Part shown: positions 37,834-48,386 of the stretch, piece after piece
Layout of the letters: every line of letters starts with the position of its first letter
Numbering within the stretch: position 1 is the first letter of the stretch
DNA from: Alphaproteobacteria bacterium
GTDB lineage: Bacteria; Pseudomonadota; Alphaproteobacteria; Bin95
DNA length: 64,000 nt
Direction of reading: 5' to 3'
Assembly: GCA_965205265.1 (NCBI GenBank)
Contig: CBDBGH010000001.1
Location: 129,077 to 193,076, forward strand
Program-made: the position numbers and the translations under genes
The notes under the pieces: model-generated
The model's input: the letters and a program-made list of their open reading frames with translations, nothing else
Databases searched by the model: none
Told to the model about the DNA's origin: nothing

Positions 37834-40194
37834 ATGACCCGTGTCCGACGCTTCGTCGATGTCCTGAACTGGACCGCGGTCGTGGCCCCGGGCGTCATCC
37901 TCTGCAAGGACGGCCGGCTGCTCGCCGGATGGCGGGTGACGGGCATCGACACCGAGAGCCTCGAGCCGGACGCCCTCGCCGGACGTCTGCGGCACCTGTC
38001 GTTCGCGCTCTCCGGTCTGGGGGACCCGCACACGCTCTGGAGCGTGTTCCGCCGCCGGTCGTGGTCGCGGGCGGACAGCGGCGGGACACTGCCGGAGACC
38101 GGCAACCCCGCGCTCGACGCTCTCGCCGTCGAGGCCAGCGCCCTGCTCGGGGCGCCCGGCGTGACCTGGACCGACACCCTCGACCTGTTCCTCTGCTGGA
38201 AGGGCCACGGCTCCCCGGATGGCCTGACGGGGCTCATCGGGGACTTCGAGGCCGAATGTTCCCGCACCGCCGCCCGGTTCGGATCGGTCATCGGCCTCTC
38301 GCGGCTGCTTCCTGACAGGGAGGGCCGCTGTTCGCTCTGCGCCGCCCTCGCCGACCTCCTGCTGCCGGGACGCACGGTGCCGCCGGTACGTGGCCATGCC
38401 CTGCCGCTGGGGATCGACGCGGTGGTCGGCGCGGACGTGGTCCAGCCATCCCGCTCCGGCCCGCTGCTGGTCGACGGCCGGCCAGCGGCGCTTCTGGCGG
38501 TGGACGGCCTGCCCGGGCAGTATCCGATCGCCCCGTTCGAGCATTTCCAGGACATCGCCCGGCCGTTCAGCTGGATCACGCGCTACGACGCGCTGTCGCC
38601 GGCGAGCACACGCAGGGTGGCCCGAACCATCCAGCGCTTCTGGCGCCAGTCGGCGGCGGACTTCGCGGCGGACCTCGCCGGAGAGGGCGGCGGGCGCAGG
38701 GGGCGCTTCGAGGACGCGATGGCCGAGGGCGTCGAGGCCACGATCGCCCGGGCCAGCCTCGGCGACGAGGGGCACGGGCGCTATCTCTCCCTGTTCCTGC
38801 TCCACGCGCCGGAGCCGGGCGGCGAGGACAGCCTCGCTAAGCTGACCGCCGCCATCATGGAGACGGCTGGCGACCGCCGGATCGTCCTGAGGGAGGAGCG
38901 GGGCAACGCAATTCCCGCGCTGCTCTCCGCGCTTCCCGGCCACTGCCGCGCCAACGCCCGCAATGTCGTGCTCCGCGCCCGGGCCATGGCGGACTTCATG
39001 CCCGTCCGGGGAACATGGCAGGGGATGGACCACTGCCCCTCCCCGCACCTTCCGGCGGGAACCCCGGCGCTGCTGCCGGCGCGGGCCCGGACCGGACAGG
39101 CGTTCCACTTCAACCTGCACCACGCGGAAGTGGGACACACACTCATATTCGGGCCCACCGGCGCCGGAAAATCCGTCCTTCTGGGCCTGCTGGCCTCCGC
39201 ATGGCTCCGGTATCCGGAGGCGCAGGTGATCTATTTCGACCGCCAGAGGTCGATCCGCCACGCCTGCAACGCGATCGGCGGACGGTTCCTGGAGCCCGGC
39301 GCCGGCGCCGGGGAGGGGATCGCGCCCCTGTCCCATGTCGCGGAGCTCGGCGCGGCATGGGCGTCCGACTGGTTGGCGGAGCTGGTGCGGCGCAGCGGCG
39401 TTGACCACTGCACGGCCGGGCAGGCCGCCGAGCTGCGGAACGCGGTGACCTCCCTGGGCCGCTCCCGCAGCCCGTGCCTTCGTGACGTCAGGGACTTCGT
39501 GCAGGACGAGGAGCTCCGCAGGGCGCTCGACACCTGGCTGGAGGGTCCGCATTCGGGTGTGTTCGACCAAGACGGGCTGGATCTCGGGGACGGCTCGCGC
39601 TCCGGCCCCGGCCACGCCTTCACCGTCTTCGAGACGCACCCGCTTCTTGAGGCCACCCCGACGGTCACCGTGCTGTCGCTCGACTACATCTTCGCCCAGG
39701 TGTCGCGGAGGTTCGACGGCAGGCCGACCCTGGTCGTGCTTGACGAGGCGTGGAGCTTCTTCGCGCACGGGATGTTCGAGGACAGGATCCGGAGCTGGCT
39801 CAAGGAAGGCCGCAAGAGCAATGTCGCGGTGGTCATGGCGACCCAGTCGGTGGCCGACGCGGCGGGTGCCCGGATCACGGTGGATCTGCTCGAGAGCTGT
39901 CCCACGAAGATATTCATGCCCAATCCCGAGGCGGAGACGTCGGTCTCCGCGCCGCATTACACGTCACTGGGCCTCGCGCCCTCCCAGACCGCGCTGGTCG
40001 CCGCCATCCAGCCGAAGCGGGATCTCTATGTCGTGCAGCCGGACGGACGCCGGGTCGTGAGCTTTCCGCTCGGACCGGCGGCGCTGTCGATCCTCGGCAG
40101 GACATCCGCCGGCGACAGTGCCCGCGCCGCCGAACGCGCCGCTGCGGACCCGGACTACTGGAAGGGGGACCTCTCCGATGCGCTTGCCGCCTGA
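37834..40194 (+). CDS. trbE: TrbE/VirB4 ATPase
   Basis: PGVILCKDG, VGHTLIFGPTGAGKS, LDEAW, MATQS, LLESCPTKIFMPN. Confidence 0.93.
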   Translation: MTRVRRFVDVLNWTAVVAPGVILCKDGRLLAGWRVTGIDTESLEPDALAGRLRHLSFALSGLGDPHTLWSVFRRRSWSRADSGGTLPETGNPALDALAVEASALLGAPGVTWTDTLDLFLCWKGHGSPDGLTGLIGDFEAECSRTAARFGSVIGLSRLLPDREGRCSLCAALADLLLPGRTVPPVRGHALPLGIDAVVGADVVQPSRSGPLLVDGRPAALLAVDGLPGQYPIAPFEHFQDIARPFSWITRYDALSPASTRRVARTIQRFWRQSAADFAADLAGEGGGRRGRFEDAMAEGVEATIARASLGDEGHGRYLSLFLLHAPEPGGEDSLAKLTAAIMETAGDRRIVLREERGNAIPALLSALPGHCRANARNVVLRARAMADFMPVRGTWQGMDHCPSPHLPAGTPALLPARARTGQAFHFNLHHAEVGHTLIFGPTGAGKSVLLGLLASAWLRYPEAQVIYFDRQRSIRHACNAIGGRFLEPGAGAGEGIAPLSHVAELGAAWASDWLAELVRRSGVDHCTAGQAAELRNAVTSLGRSRSPCLRDVRDFVQDEELRRALDTWLEGPHSGVFDQDGLDLGDGSRSGPGHAFTVFETHPLLEATPTVTVLSLDYIFAQVSRRFDGRPTLVVLDEAWSFFAHGMFEDRIRSWLKEGRKSNVAVVMATQSVADAAGARITVDLLESCPTKIFMPNPEAETSVSAPHYTSLGLAPSQTALVAAIQPKRDLYVVQPDGRRVVSFPLGPAALSILGRTSAGDSARAAERAAADPDYWKGDLSDALAA

Positions 40195-41002
40195 ACTGAT
40201 GGCGCCTGTCGCCGCCGTGCTGGTCGCCCTGCCCTGCCCCGCCCCGGCTGGTCCGGGCGGCGGCCTGGCGACGGAATGGACCCAGGCGCTCAACAACGCC
40301 GAGCTCGCGGCCATCGCAAGCCTCGAGGGACGGATCCTCTCGACCGAGACGGAAAGCCTCGCGGCGCAGCTGGAGCAGCTGCGGACCGAGATCGCGTCAT
40401 GGGAGATCATGCGGCGCAACATCGCGCAGCTGCCGGAACGGCACCACGCGGAGGCGATGCTGCCCGTGCTGCGGCTCCGGCGGATCGCCGACCAGGTCGG
40501 CGGCATCGTCCGGTCCGGAACCGACCTTGACCGGTTCCTGCGCAGCGATCTCGTCACCGACCCGCTGTTCGACCGCCGGGGCCTCGACCGCGCGGCCGTG
40601 GCCGAGAGCTACACCGAATGGAACGACCGCTGGCACGCGTCCATGGAAACCGGCCTGCGCCAGGCGGGGCTGACCATGGAGGACGTGGAATCGGAGGCCC
40701 TGCTGCTCGACCGCATCACCCGCCAGTTCGGCGGCGAGGACGGCCAGATGCAGGTGCTCCAGGGCGCGAACGACCTCGCGGCCTCGATGGCCAGGCAGAT
40801 GAACGACCTGCGCCGGATCGCGGCGACGCAGTCCGAGACCGTCGCGGTCGCATGGAGCCGCATGCTCGCCGACCTGGACCGCCGCGAGGCGGCCGAACGC
40901 CGCCACGAAAGGGAGATCCACGAGACCCTGGAGGGTCTCCGCAACGCGCCGAAGGGACGCACCATGAACGAGCTGTTCGGCATCGGGCAGACGCGGCCAT
41001 GA
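40178..41002 (+). CDS. trbJ: TrbJ/VirB5-like protein
   Basis: ATEWTQALNN, GQMQVLQGAN. Confidence 0.8.
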   Translation: MRLPPELMAPVAAVLVALPCPAPAGPGGGLATEWTQALNNAELAAIASLEGRILSTETESLAAQLEQLRTEIASWEIMRRNIAQLPERHHAEAMLPVLRLRRIADQVGGIVRSGTDLDRFLRSDLVTDPLFDRRGLDRAAVAESYTEWNDRWHASMETGLRQAGLTMEDVESEALLLDRITRQFGGEDGQMQVLQGANDLAASMARQMNDLRRIAATQSETVAVAWSRMLADLDRREAAERRHEREIHETLEGLRNAPKGRTMNELFGIGQTRP

Positions 41003-42129
41003 GGTGCCGGCCCGGCCTGCTGGCGACCCTCGCCGCCCCGCTTCTCCTGGCGGCCGGGCCGGACGCCGCCCTCGCCCAGGCGAACGCGGCCGGGGCCGCG
41101 CTCGACAGCGCGCTCGACAATATGGCGGACACTCTCGACCGTCTGGGATCGACCCTCGGAACCCGTGCCCAGCAGCTGCTGCTGGCGCTGCTCGTGGTGG
41201 ACTTCGTCTGGCGCGGCGGGAAATGGGCGATCGGCGAGGACCGCATCGACGTGGTGTTCCAGGGATTCCTCTACCAGCTCGCCTTCGTCATCATGGTCTG
41301 GGGCGTCGCCATGGGTGTCCCTGAAATCGTCGCGGCGCTGGCCGACGCGGCGCTCGACATCGCGGGCGTCGCGGGCGGCACCGAGGCGCGTCCGAGCGCG
41401 ATAGTGGCCGGCGGTCTGCAGCGGGCGGTCGGCTGGCTCGGGGACATCTCCCTGACGGACCCCGGGACCTGGTTCTACGTCTTCGCCGCCGCGGCCTCGG
41501 TCATCGTCCTCGCCGTGGCCGTCGCCATGGTCGTGGTGGTCTACGCCGAACTCTACATCGCCGGTCTCGCCGGCGTCATCGCCCTTGCCTTCGCCGGGCT
41601 TTCGGAGACCAGGGACATCGCCGTCAGCTACGTGAAGTCGCTGATCGGGAAATCCTTCAAGCTGATGGGCGCCATGGTGGTGATCGCGGCCACCGGCGAG
41701 ATCACCACGGCGCTCGCCGCCCGCCCGGTCGGCGGCTTCGAGAACGCCATGGGAATGCTGCTGCTCCAGATCGTCGGCGGCGTGCTCATCATGACCCTGC
41801 CGGCGGCGCTGGAGAACCTGGTGTCCGGGTCGCGGCTCGGCAGCCGTTCGGCCGAGGCCGTCGGCCGCGCGGTGGGTGGCGCCGTGCGCAAGGCGGCCGT
41901 CGCCGGCGCCGCGGCGACCGGTGGCGCCGTCGGTGGCGCGGTCGGCGGAAGCGTCGGGGCGGCGCGGTCAGGTGCGTCCGCCGGCGGGGTCGTGAAGGCC
42001 GCCGTCGGCGGCGGGGCGCGTGGCGGCATGGACTGGGGCGGGGTCGCGGCGCGGGGCGATCTCCGGAGCGAGATATTCGGGCGCGTCCGCGATATGCTGG
42101 CCGGCGGGCCCCGGGGAGGTGGCCCATGA
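40999..42129 (+). CDS. trbL: TrbL/VirB6 family protein
   Basis: Multiple TM helices, ETRDIAVSY, Gly/Ala-rich tail. Confidence 0.85.
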   Translation: MRCRPGLLATLAAPLLLAAGPDAALAQANAAGAALDSALDNMADTLDRLGSTLGTRAQQLLLALLVVDFVWRGGKWAIGEDRIDVVFQGFLYQLAFVIMVWGVAMGVPEIVAALADAALDIAGVAGGTEARPSAIVAGGLQRAVGWLGDISLTDPGTWFYVFAAAASVIVLAVAVAMVVVVYAELYIAGLAGVIALAFAGLSETRDIAVSYVKSLIGKSFKLMGAMVVIAATGEITTALAARPVGGFENAMGMLLLQIVGGVLIMTLPAALENLVSGSRLGSRSAEAVGRAVGGAVRKAAVAGAAATGGAVGGAVGGSVGAARSGASAGGVVKAAVGGGARGGMDWGGVAARGDLRSEIFGRVRDMLAGGPRGGGP

Positions 42130-42249
42130 GCGGCCCCGCGGTTCCGGCGCATCCCCCGGATCAATCCGGATCGGGATGGGCGGCCGCCGCCGTGACGGAT
42201 CCGCCGACGGCCCGGGCCACGGTGTCCGGCGTGGGCGGGGTCTCCTGAC

Positions 42250-42912
42250 ATGGCCGGTTCCGCCGATCCCTGGGACCGCGCCCGCGCCGTGTGGGAGGAC
42301 CGCCACGGCACCCTCGCCGCCGAGCGCGACCGGTGGTACCGCGCCTTCCTCGCGATGGCCGCCCTCACCGCGCTGGCCGTGTGCTTCGGCATCTGGGCGG
42401 CGGTCAGCACGGAATACGTCCCCTACATCGTCGCCGTCGACGACCTCGGGCGGACGGCGCCGGTGCTCGCGCCGCGCGAGATACGGGAATGGCCGGACGC
42501 GGCGGTGCGCCACGAGCTCGCCGCCTTCCTGCGGGACTGGCGCTCCGTCTCGACCGACACCGCCGTCATGCGCGGACGCCTGCGGCGCATCCAGCACTTC
42601 CTTGAACGGGATTCGGCGGCTGACCGGAAGATCGTGGACTGGGCCACGGCTCCGGCGACCAGCCCGTTCCGCACGGCGGAGCGCCAGACCGTCGAGGTCT
42701 CCGTCGCGTCGGTTGTCCATGTCGGCGGCCGCAGCTGGCTGGCGGAATGGACGGAGACACGCCGCAGCCGGATGAACGGGACCGCCGCCGCCGCCCGCCG
42801 CTTCCAGGGCACCTTCGTGCTGGGCCGCAGGCGCATCACGGACCAGGCGGTCCTCATGCAGAACCCCATGGGGATGGTGATCGAGAACTACGACATGGTG
42901 AGGGTCAGGTGA
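42250..42912 (+). CDS. trbF: TrbF/VirB8 family protein
   Basis: WEDRHG, VPYIVAVD, WRSVSTD, NPMGMVI. Confidence 0.88.
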   Translation: MAGSADPWDRARAVWEDRHGTLAAERDRWYRAFLAMAALTALAVCFGIWAAVSTEYVPYIVAVDDLGRTAPVLAPREIREWPDAAVRHELAAFLRDWRSVSTDTAVMRGRLRRIQHFLERDSAADRKIVDWATAPATSPFRTAERQTVEVSVASVVHVGGRSWLAEWTETRRSRMNGTAAAARRFQGTFVLGRRRITDQAVLMQNPMGMVIENYDMVRVR

Positions 42913-43973
42913 GCGCCACCGGTCCACGCATTCCGGTCGCCGCCACCGCGGTGACGGTGCTGTTCGCCCTCTTGCTGGGGTTCTTCGGCAACGACGCCGT
43001 GAAGGTGTGGCTCGACCGCCCGGAGAACGGGCAGGCCACGGATCTGGACACCGGTGACCTGGACCAGCGCACCGACAGGCTCGGCGCGCCCGACGGGCAG
43101 GAGGCCAGCCAGCCGGCGGCCGGAACCGGTCCGCAGGTCACGTCCCCGCCCGCCTCCCCGGTGGCCGATGACCCAGAATTCCTCGCGATACGGGAACGCC
43201 TCGCGGCGGACCTCGCGCGCCGTGAGGAACGCGCGAGGCTCGCTTCCGACAGTCCGCTGACGCCCGCCGTCACCGCCACGGCGGATCTGGCGGGGCGCGG
43301 GCGGGAACCGCCACCGGCCGCCCCGGTCACGCAGGATGGACCGCCGGGCGCCGAACCACCGCAGGTCACCACGGCGCCGGAGGGGGCGGATCCGGCCCCC
43401 ACCCATCTCCTCGCGCGGGGAAGCTTCATCCCGGCCGTGCTGCGGACGCTCGTGAACTCGGATCTTCCGGGTCTGGTGCAGGCGCAGGTCACCGAACCCG
43501 TCTTCGACAGCGTGACCGGCGCCCACATGCTGATTCCGGCCGGATCCTCGATCGTGGGCACCTATGGTTCGGACGCCGCGCCCGGGCAGCGGCGGATGTT
43601 CATCACCTGGACGGACCTCCGGATGCCGGACGGCACGCCGCTGGGGCTGCGGGAGTTCCCGGCGGTCGGCGATGACGGCGCCACCGGGATCAGGGGCCGC
43701 CGCAGCACCAATGTCCTCTCGGCGCTGGGCGCGGCGGTGCTCTTCGACCTCGCGGGCAACGCGACGGGGATCATCTTCGGCGACGGTCCGGCCACGCGAT
43801 CCGATCCCGCCTCCATCCTCGGAATGGCCGCGGGGAACGCCACCTCGCGGGTGGCGCAGGAATACCTGGGCCGGCTGCTCGCCCGCGGGCCCCGTTTCCG
43901 GGTGCGGCCGGGAACCCTGATGAACGTGGTGGTGGAACAGGACATGCTGCTCCCCGCCATCGGGGGGGCCTGA
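42909..43973 (+). CDS. trbI: TrbI/VirB10 family protein
   Basis: GSFIPAVLRTLVNSDLPG, VFDSVTG..LIPAGS, RVRPG. Confidence 0.88.
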   Translation: MSATGPRIPVAATAVTVLFALLLGFFGNDAVKVWLDRPENGQATDLDTGDLDQRTDRLGAPDGQEASQPAAGTGPQVTSPPASPVADDPEFLAIRERLAADLARREERARLASDSPLTPAVTATADLAGRGREPPPAAPVTQDGPPGAEPPQVTTAPEGADPAPTHLLARGSFIPAVLRTLVNSDLPGLVQAQVTEPVFDSVTGAHMLIPAGSSIVGTYGSDAAPGQRRMFITWTDLRMPDGTPLGLREFPAVGDDGATGIRGRRSTNVLSALGAAVLFDLAGNATGIIFGDGPATRSDPASILGMAAGNATSRVAQEYLGRLLARGPRFRVRPGTLMNVVVEQDMLLPAIGGA

Positions 43974-43974
43974 C

Positions 43975-44808
43975 GTGCGGTTGCTGGCCCTGCCATCCGT
44001 GGCGCCTGTCCCCGGCCGGAAACTCCCGAGGGTGGCGGGAACCATCGTGACGGCTGGCATGGTCACCGGTCCACATCCCGGGCTCCGCCCCGCCGCGGCG
44101 ATCCTGGTCCTTTCGGGCCTGAGGTCCGCCGCCGTCGCCGAACCCCACGCGGTCACCGGTCTCCTTCCCTTCATACGGGCGATCGAGGCGCCGCGCGGCT
44201 ACGGCGATTACGAACGCCGGATCCGGATTCCCCCGCCCCGCCCCCTCACCGATATGTCCCTCGCGGACGTGCTGGCCTGGCAGGACCGCGTCCGCAGGGC
44301 CGGCGCTCCCTCGACGGCGGCGGGTGGCTACCAGATCATCCGCCCGACCCTGCGCAGGCTCATGGACAGCCATGGCCTCGATCCGGATGCGCGGTTCGAC
44401 CGGAAGATGCAGGACCGGTTGGCCCGGCTGCTCATCGCCGAATGCGGACCACAGGGACCTCCGGCCAGTCTGCCGGCCTACGGTAACTGCCTCGCGGGAA
44501 TCTGGGCCTCGCTTCCGCTCACCGACGGTCCGGACCGCGGACGCTCGGCCTATCACGGAATGAACGGCAACCGCGCCCTCACCACCCCCGAAACGGTCCT
44601 CTCGCTGCTGGCCGGGGATTCCGTGCAGGTCACGCCGGGCGCCGGAGCTGGCGGACGGCCGCGCATCACCGACGGGGTGGCGCTCGCATTCGGAGCGGTG
44701 CGGGTCAGCCGGTCCCGGATCTCCGCCGCCATGCGGGACGCGGCCCGGGCCGGTACGCTCACCCGGTCCGCCCGCAGATGGAGCTTCGATCCCTATGCGG
44801 TCGACTGA
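43975..44808 (+). CDS. lambda-R/GH104-like muramidase (VirB1 substitute)
   Basis: FIRAIEAP, STAAGGYQI, FD..MQDRLA, WASLP motifs. Start uncertain. Confidence 0.7.
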   Translation: MRLLALPSVAPVPGRKLPRVAGTIVTAGMVTGPHPGLRPAAAILVLSGLRSAAVAEPHAVTGLLPFIRAIEAPRGYGDYERRIRIPPPRPLTDMSLADVLAWQDRVRRAGAPSTAAGGYQIIRPTLRRLMDSHGLDPDARFDRKMQDRLARLLIAECGPQGPPASLPAYGNCLAGIWASLPLTDGPDRGRSAYHGMNGNRALTTPETVLSLLAGDSVQVTPGAGAGGRPRITDGVALAFGAVRVSRSRISAAMRDAARAGTLTRSARRWSFDPYAVD

Positions 44809-45949
44809 GCGTCCACCCCCTGCCCCGCCCTCGCGGGCCGCGCTGCCGTGGGCATGGCCGGTCGCCCTCGCCGCCACCGTTCTGGCGATGGCCACTCCGC
44901 AGACGCCGCTCCAGTGTTCCCTGTTCCCGCTATGGCTGGCGGTCTGGCGGGGGACGACGTCCGCCCGGGCGCTGGGAATGGCGCTGTTCCTGGCTCCCGC
45001 GGTCTTCCTCTGCGTCTGGGGTCTGGTCGGTACCGGTGTGCCCCCCGCCATGGCGCTGGTCGGCGCGGCGGCGTTCTGCGCGGCGGTCTCCGCCATCGCC
45101 GCGGTGGCGGGCGTCGTGGCGGCCGGGGCCCTGCTCGCCGCCGTTCCCTTCCTGCCGATGTCGCCGGTGGCGGCGGTGGCGGCGGGGATTCCGGGGCTGG
45201 GTCTGTCCGGACTGGTGCTGGCCGGCCTCGCGCTGGCGGTGGCCGAGGCGCTCCGTCGCCGCCGGATCCGGGGGATGCTGGTGGCGGCGCTGGCAGCCGG
45301 TGGCCTGACCGCCGGGACCCTGGGGCGGGCCGCGCCGGACCCGGATGGGTGGCGGGAACTGCCGGAACCGGCCGCGGTCACGCAACGCGCGCGCTGGATC
45401 GCGATCCGCGACAGCATCCCGCACGGCGCGGAGGCGATCCTGGGGGAGAACGTGTTCGACGCCGACGATGCCGGAGCGCTGGCCTTCTGGTGCGCCGCCG
45501 CGGTGGCGCGGGGGTCGGTCCTGTCCATCGGCGTGGCCACTCCCGGCCCGGACTACCGGAGGGGCGTTGTGTGGAGGCTCGACCCCGAGGCATGCGAACG
45601 GCCTGGGCGTCCGCCCGAAACCGTCCATGGCGCGGTGTGGGGGCTGCCCCATCTCACAGGACCATGGGGTGCGATGCCTCCGGTGGACCCGCCGGCCCGC
45701 GCCACCGCCGTCGACTGGCTGGTCTGCCTCGAGGCGTTCCTGCTGCGGGCCTGGGCTCCCCTTCTCGTGTCCGGGACGGACCGGCCGGTGGTGGTGCTGT
45801 CGAATGACGCGGCGTTCGGCGCGGCGGCCGGAGCTGTACGTACGCTTCGAAGGAAGGTCTCCTCCGCCATGGCCGGACTGCGCAGCCGCGCCGCGCTCCA
45901 CGCCGGGACCGGCCGGACATTCCTTCTCCGGCGCGAGGGGCGGGGATGA
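44795..45949 (+). CDS. Ti-type TraB-like membrane protein (Lnt/CN-hydrolase-like)
   Basis: N-terminal TM bundle; LVCLEAFL (ICYE-like) motif; next to traG. Confidence 0.5.
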   Translation: MRSTERPPPAPPSRAALPWAWPVALAATVLAMATPQTPLQCSLFPLWLAVWRGTTSARALGMALFLAPAVFLCVWGLVGTGVPPAMALVGAAAFCAAVSAIAAVAGVVAAGALLAAVPFLPMSPVAAVAAGIPGLGLSGLVLAGLALAVAEALRRRRIRGMLVAALAAGGLTAGTLGRAAPDPDGWRELPEPAAVTQRARWIAIRDSIPHGAEAILGENVFDADDAGALAFWCAAAVARGSVLSIGVATPGPDYRRGVVWRLDPEACERPGRPPETVHGAVWGLPHLTGPWGAMPPVDPPARATAVDWLVCLEAFLLRAWAPLLVSGTDRPVVVLSNDAAFGAAAGAVRTLRRKVSSAMAGLRSRAALHAGTGRTFLLRREGRG

Positions 45950-48144
45950 TGCGGCGGGCGGGTGCCGTCGCCTCCCGGGCCGTCGCGGCCCTCCGCGGGG
46001 CGTTGCCGCCGGTGGCGGTGACGGTGCTGGTCGCCGTGGCCACCGCGGCGGCGTTCCTGGGCAACCGGGCGCTTTTCAACGCCTACGCCACATCACCCGG
46101 CCAGAACGAGACCGGCCTGCTGCTGGCCTGCTCGGCCCCGGCGGTCGCCGGCCATCTCGCCGCATGGTACATGGGGCGGACCGCCGCGGGCTGGTGGCTG
46201 CTCCACACACCCGGGCTGGCCCTCTACATCGCCCGCCCGGTCATGGTGCGGGAGGAATGGCGGCCGACGTGGGTCCTCGACGATCTCGGACGCGCCGCCT
46301 GGAGCGTCGTGCGGAACTACGACGTGACGCCCGACGGGACATTCATGCTGCTGTCCTGCGGGGTGGCGCAGCTGCTGCTGGCGACGGCCGTCGCCGCCCG
46401 CCTCTGGAGCGCGGGGACCCGGCGGATCAGGGATCTGGCGAGGGATGGCGGGGCGGATGGAGCGGGGCGTGACGGCGGTCCGGACCGCCCCGTCCGCGGA
46501 CTCCCGCAGGCCACATGGGCCTCCCCGGCCGAGGTGAGGCGGAGTTTCTCGCACCCGGGCGGCATCGTGCTGGGCGAGTTCACCGACCCGGTGCGCCAGA
46601 GCGGCGGGTTCGATCCGGCGCACCCGTCGACCTGGGGGCGTCAGGGCCGGGGACGGCTCATCACGCTGGATCCCGCCGACGGCAACGGCCATGTCCTCGT
46701 GACCACCCAGGCGTCGGGCTACAAGACCACCGGACTGCTGATCCCCAACATCCTGACCTACCGGGGTCCGCTGGTGGTGTTCGACCCCAAGTGCGAGGTC
46801 TACGCACGGACACGGCGGGCCCGGGAGAGGATGGGCTTCACCCCGGTCGTGATCGACTCCCGCAACGGCTTCGATCCCGCCCGGCTGCTCGCGGTGCTCG
46901 CGAAGGACCGCCCGTCGGTCTATCTCTCCATGGCGAAGCTCATGATCCCGAAAGGGTATGAGGGGGTCGAGAACGGCAAGTACTTCAAGGACGCGGCGAC
47001 CGCCCTGTTCACCGCCCTGCTGGCGTTCTACGCCGAGACCGGCTCGTCCAACATCATCGGCTCGGTCGCGGCGGTCCTCAGCCAGCCGGCCCGGACCGTC
47101 GGCGGCGCCGTCAAGTCCCTGCTGCCGGACGTGAAATACGCGGTCATCCGCAACCGCCTGCGGGACGTCGCCGGCATGGAGGAGCGGTTCTACTACAGCG
47201 TGAAGACCGAGATCACCAACCAGCTGCTGTTCGCGGAGTTCCCGGACATCCAGAGATACGCCACGATGCCGCCGGACAGCCCTGTTCTGGCCCAGGTCCT
47301 CGATCCGCGGTGCGACATCTTCCTCAACATCCCGCAGCATGTCGCCGAGGACTTCGCGCCGATGCTGCGGCTGATGCTCGGCAGCCTCCTGCTGGCCGCG
47401 CAGCTGACCGAGATAAACGAGGCGCCGCGCGCCCGGAGGCTGCTCCTGATCGACGAGGCCGCGAAGCTCGGGAACATGGACATCCTGGAGAACATCCGGG
47501 ACCGGGGCCGGTCGATCGGGCTGCACCTGATGCTGTTCTACCAGACGCCGGGGGCCGTGGAGAAGCTCTGGGGCCGGGCCGGGATGACCTCATGGCGCGA
47601 CGGCTGCTCCGCGACCGTCACCGGCCCGCTCTCGAGCCGGGAGAGCGCGCAGGAGCTCTCGACGATGCTGGGCAACCGCACCGTCCGTGTGACGACCGAG
47701 GGCAGCTCCTCCTCCAGTCCGGTCCTGTCGCCCCTGGGCGGATCCGTGGGCTCGTCGGAGTCCGAGCAGATCCGCGACCTCGCGCTGGTGTCGCCCACGG
47801 CCATCAACCAGCTTCCCCGCCACGCCTCGATCATCACCTCTCCCGGCCACCGGCCGATACTCGCCAGCAAGGCGATCTGGTTCACGCGCCCGGAGATGCG
47901 GGAGCGCGTGCTCGGGACGGAGGGCATCAGGGGCGAACTGGACGTGACCGAGGCCCAGCGGGACGTGCTGCACCGCGTCCGCGTGGCGGCGGGTCTGGAA
48001 CCCGCCCCGGAGGCGGAAGATGCGGCCACCGGGCAGGCGGGGGAGCCGGCTTCCGGGCCGGAGGCGGCCGCCCGCGCCGCGGACCCGTCCGGCGGCGGTG
48101 GCGATGTGGCGCCGGAAGGTGACGATGGCGGGCGGGATCCCTGA
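45946..48144 (+). CDS. traG: type IV coupling protein TraG/VirD4
   Basis: GHVLV...SGYKTT, IPNILTY..VVFDPKCE, LLIDEAAKLG, GRSIGL. Confidence 0.88.
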   Translation: MMRRAGAVASRAVAALRGALPPVAVTVLVAVATAAAFLGNRALFNAYATSPGQNETGLLLACSAPAVAGHLAAWYMGRTAAGWWLLHTPGLALYIARPVMVREEWRPTWVLDDLGRAAWSVVRNYDVTPDGTFMLLSCGVAQLLLATAVAARLWSAGTRRIRDLARDGGADGAGRDGGPDRPVRGLPQATWASPAEVRRSFSHPGGIVLGEFTDPVRQSGGFDPAHPSTWGRQGRGRLITLDPADGNGHVLVTTQASGYKTTGLLIPNILTYRGPLVVFDPKCEVYARTRRARERMGFTPVVIDSRNGFDPARLLAVLAKDRPSVYLSMAKLMIPKGYEGVENGKYFKDAATALFTALLAFYAETGSSNIIGSVAAVLSQPARTVGGAVKSLLPDVKYAVIRNRLRDVAGMEERFYYSVKTEITNQLLFAEFPDIQRYATMPPDSPVLAQVLDPRCDIFLNIPQHVAEDFAPMLRLMLGSLLLAAQLTEINEAPRARRLLLIDEAAKLGNMDILENIRDRGRSIGLHLMLFYQTPGAVEKLWGRAGMTSWRDGCSATVTGPLSSRESAQELSTMLGNRTVRVTTEGSSSSSPVLSPLGGSVGSSESEQIRDLALVSPTAINQLPRHASIITSPGHRPILASKAIWFTRPEMRERVLGTEGIRGELDVTEAQRDVLHRVRVAAGLEPAPEAEDAATGQAGEPASGPEAAARAADPSGGGGDVAPEGDDGGRDP

Positions 48145-48386
48145 TGACCCGCCTGCCCTCCCTGCCCCGCTGGCGCGGACTTCCGGCCATCCCCTTTTCC
48201 CGCCCGTCGGACACCGCCCTGCGCAGGGTCCGGGACCTCCCGCATCCGGCGGGCCGGGAGGAGGTCCACGCCCGGCAAGGTCGGGGCGGCGGCGAATGCC
48301 TCGTCCGCTGGCGGCTTCGGGCGCTGCTGGCCGGGCAGCCGCCCGGGCGGCCCGACTGGCTGGGGGACGGCCATGGCGACCGCTAG
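48144..48386 (+). CDS. hypothetical protein
   Basis: Overlaps both neighbours in operon fashion. Confidence 0.3.
   Translation: MTRLPSLPRWRGLPAIPFSRPSDTALRRVRDLPHPAGREEVHARQGRGGGECLVRWRLRALLAGQPPGRPDWLGDGHGDR

Noticed and set aside
36428-37837. Plus-strand ORFs across the triplet region
   Set aside because: Ser/Arg-rich antisense shadows of the minus-strand paralogs
37789-39957. 722-aa minus-strand ORF (and similar long antisense ORFs over pilQ and traG)
   Set aside because: High-GC stop-poor shadow frames of well-supported genes
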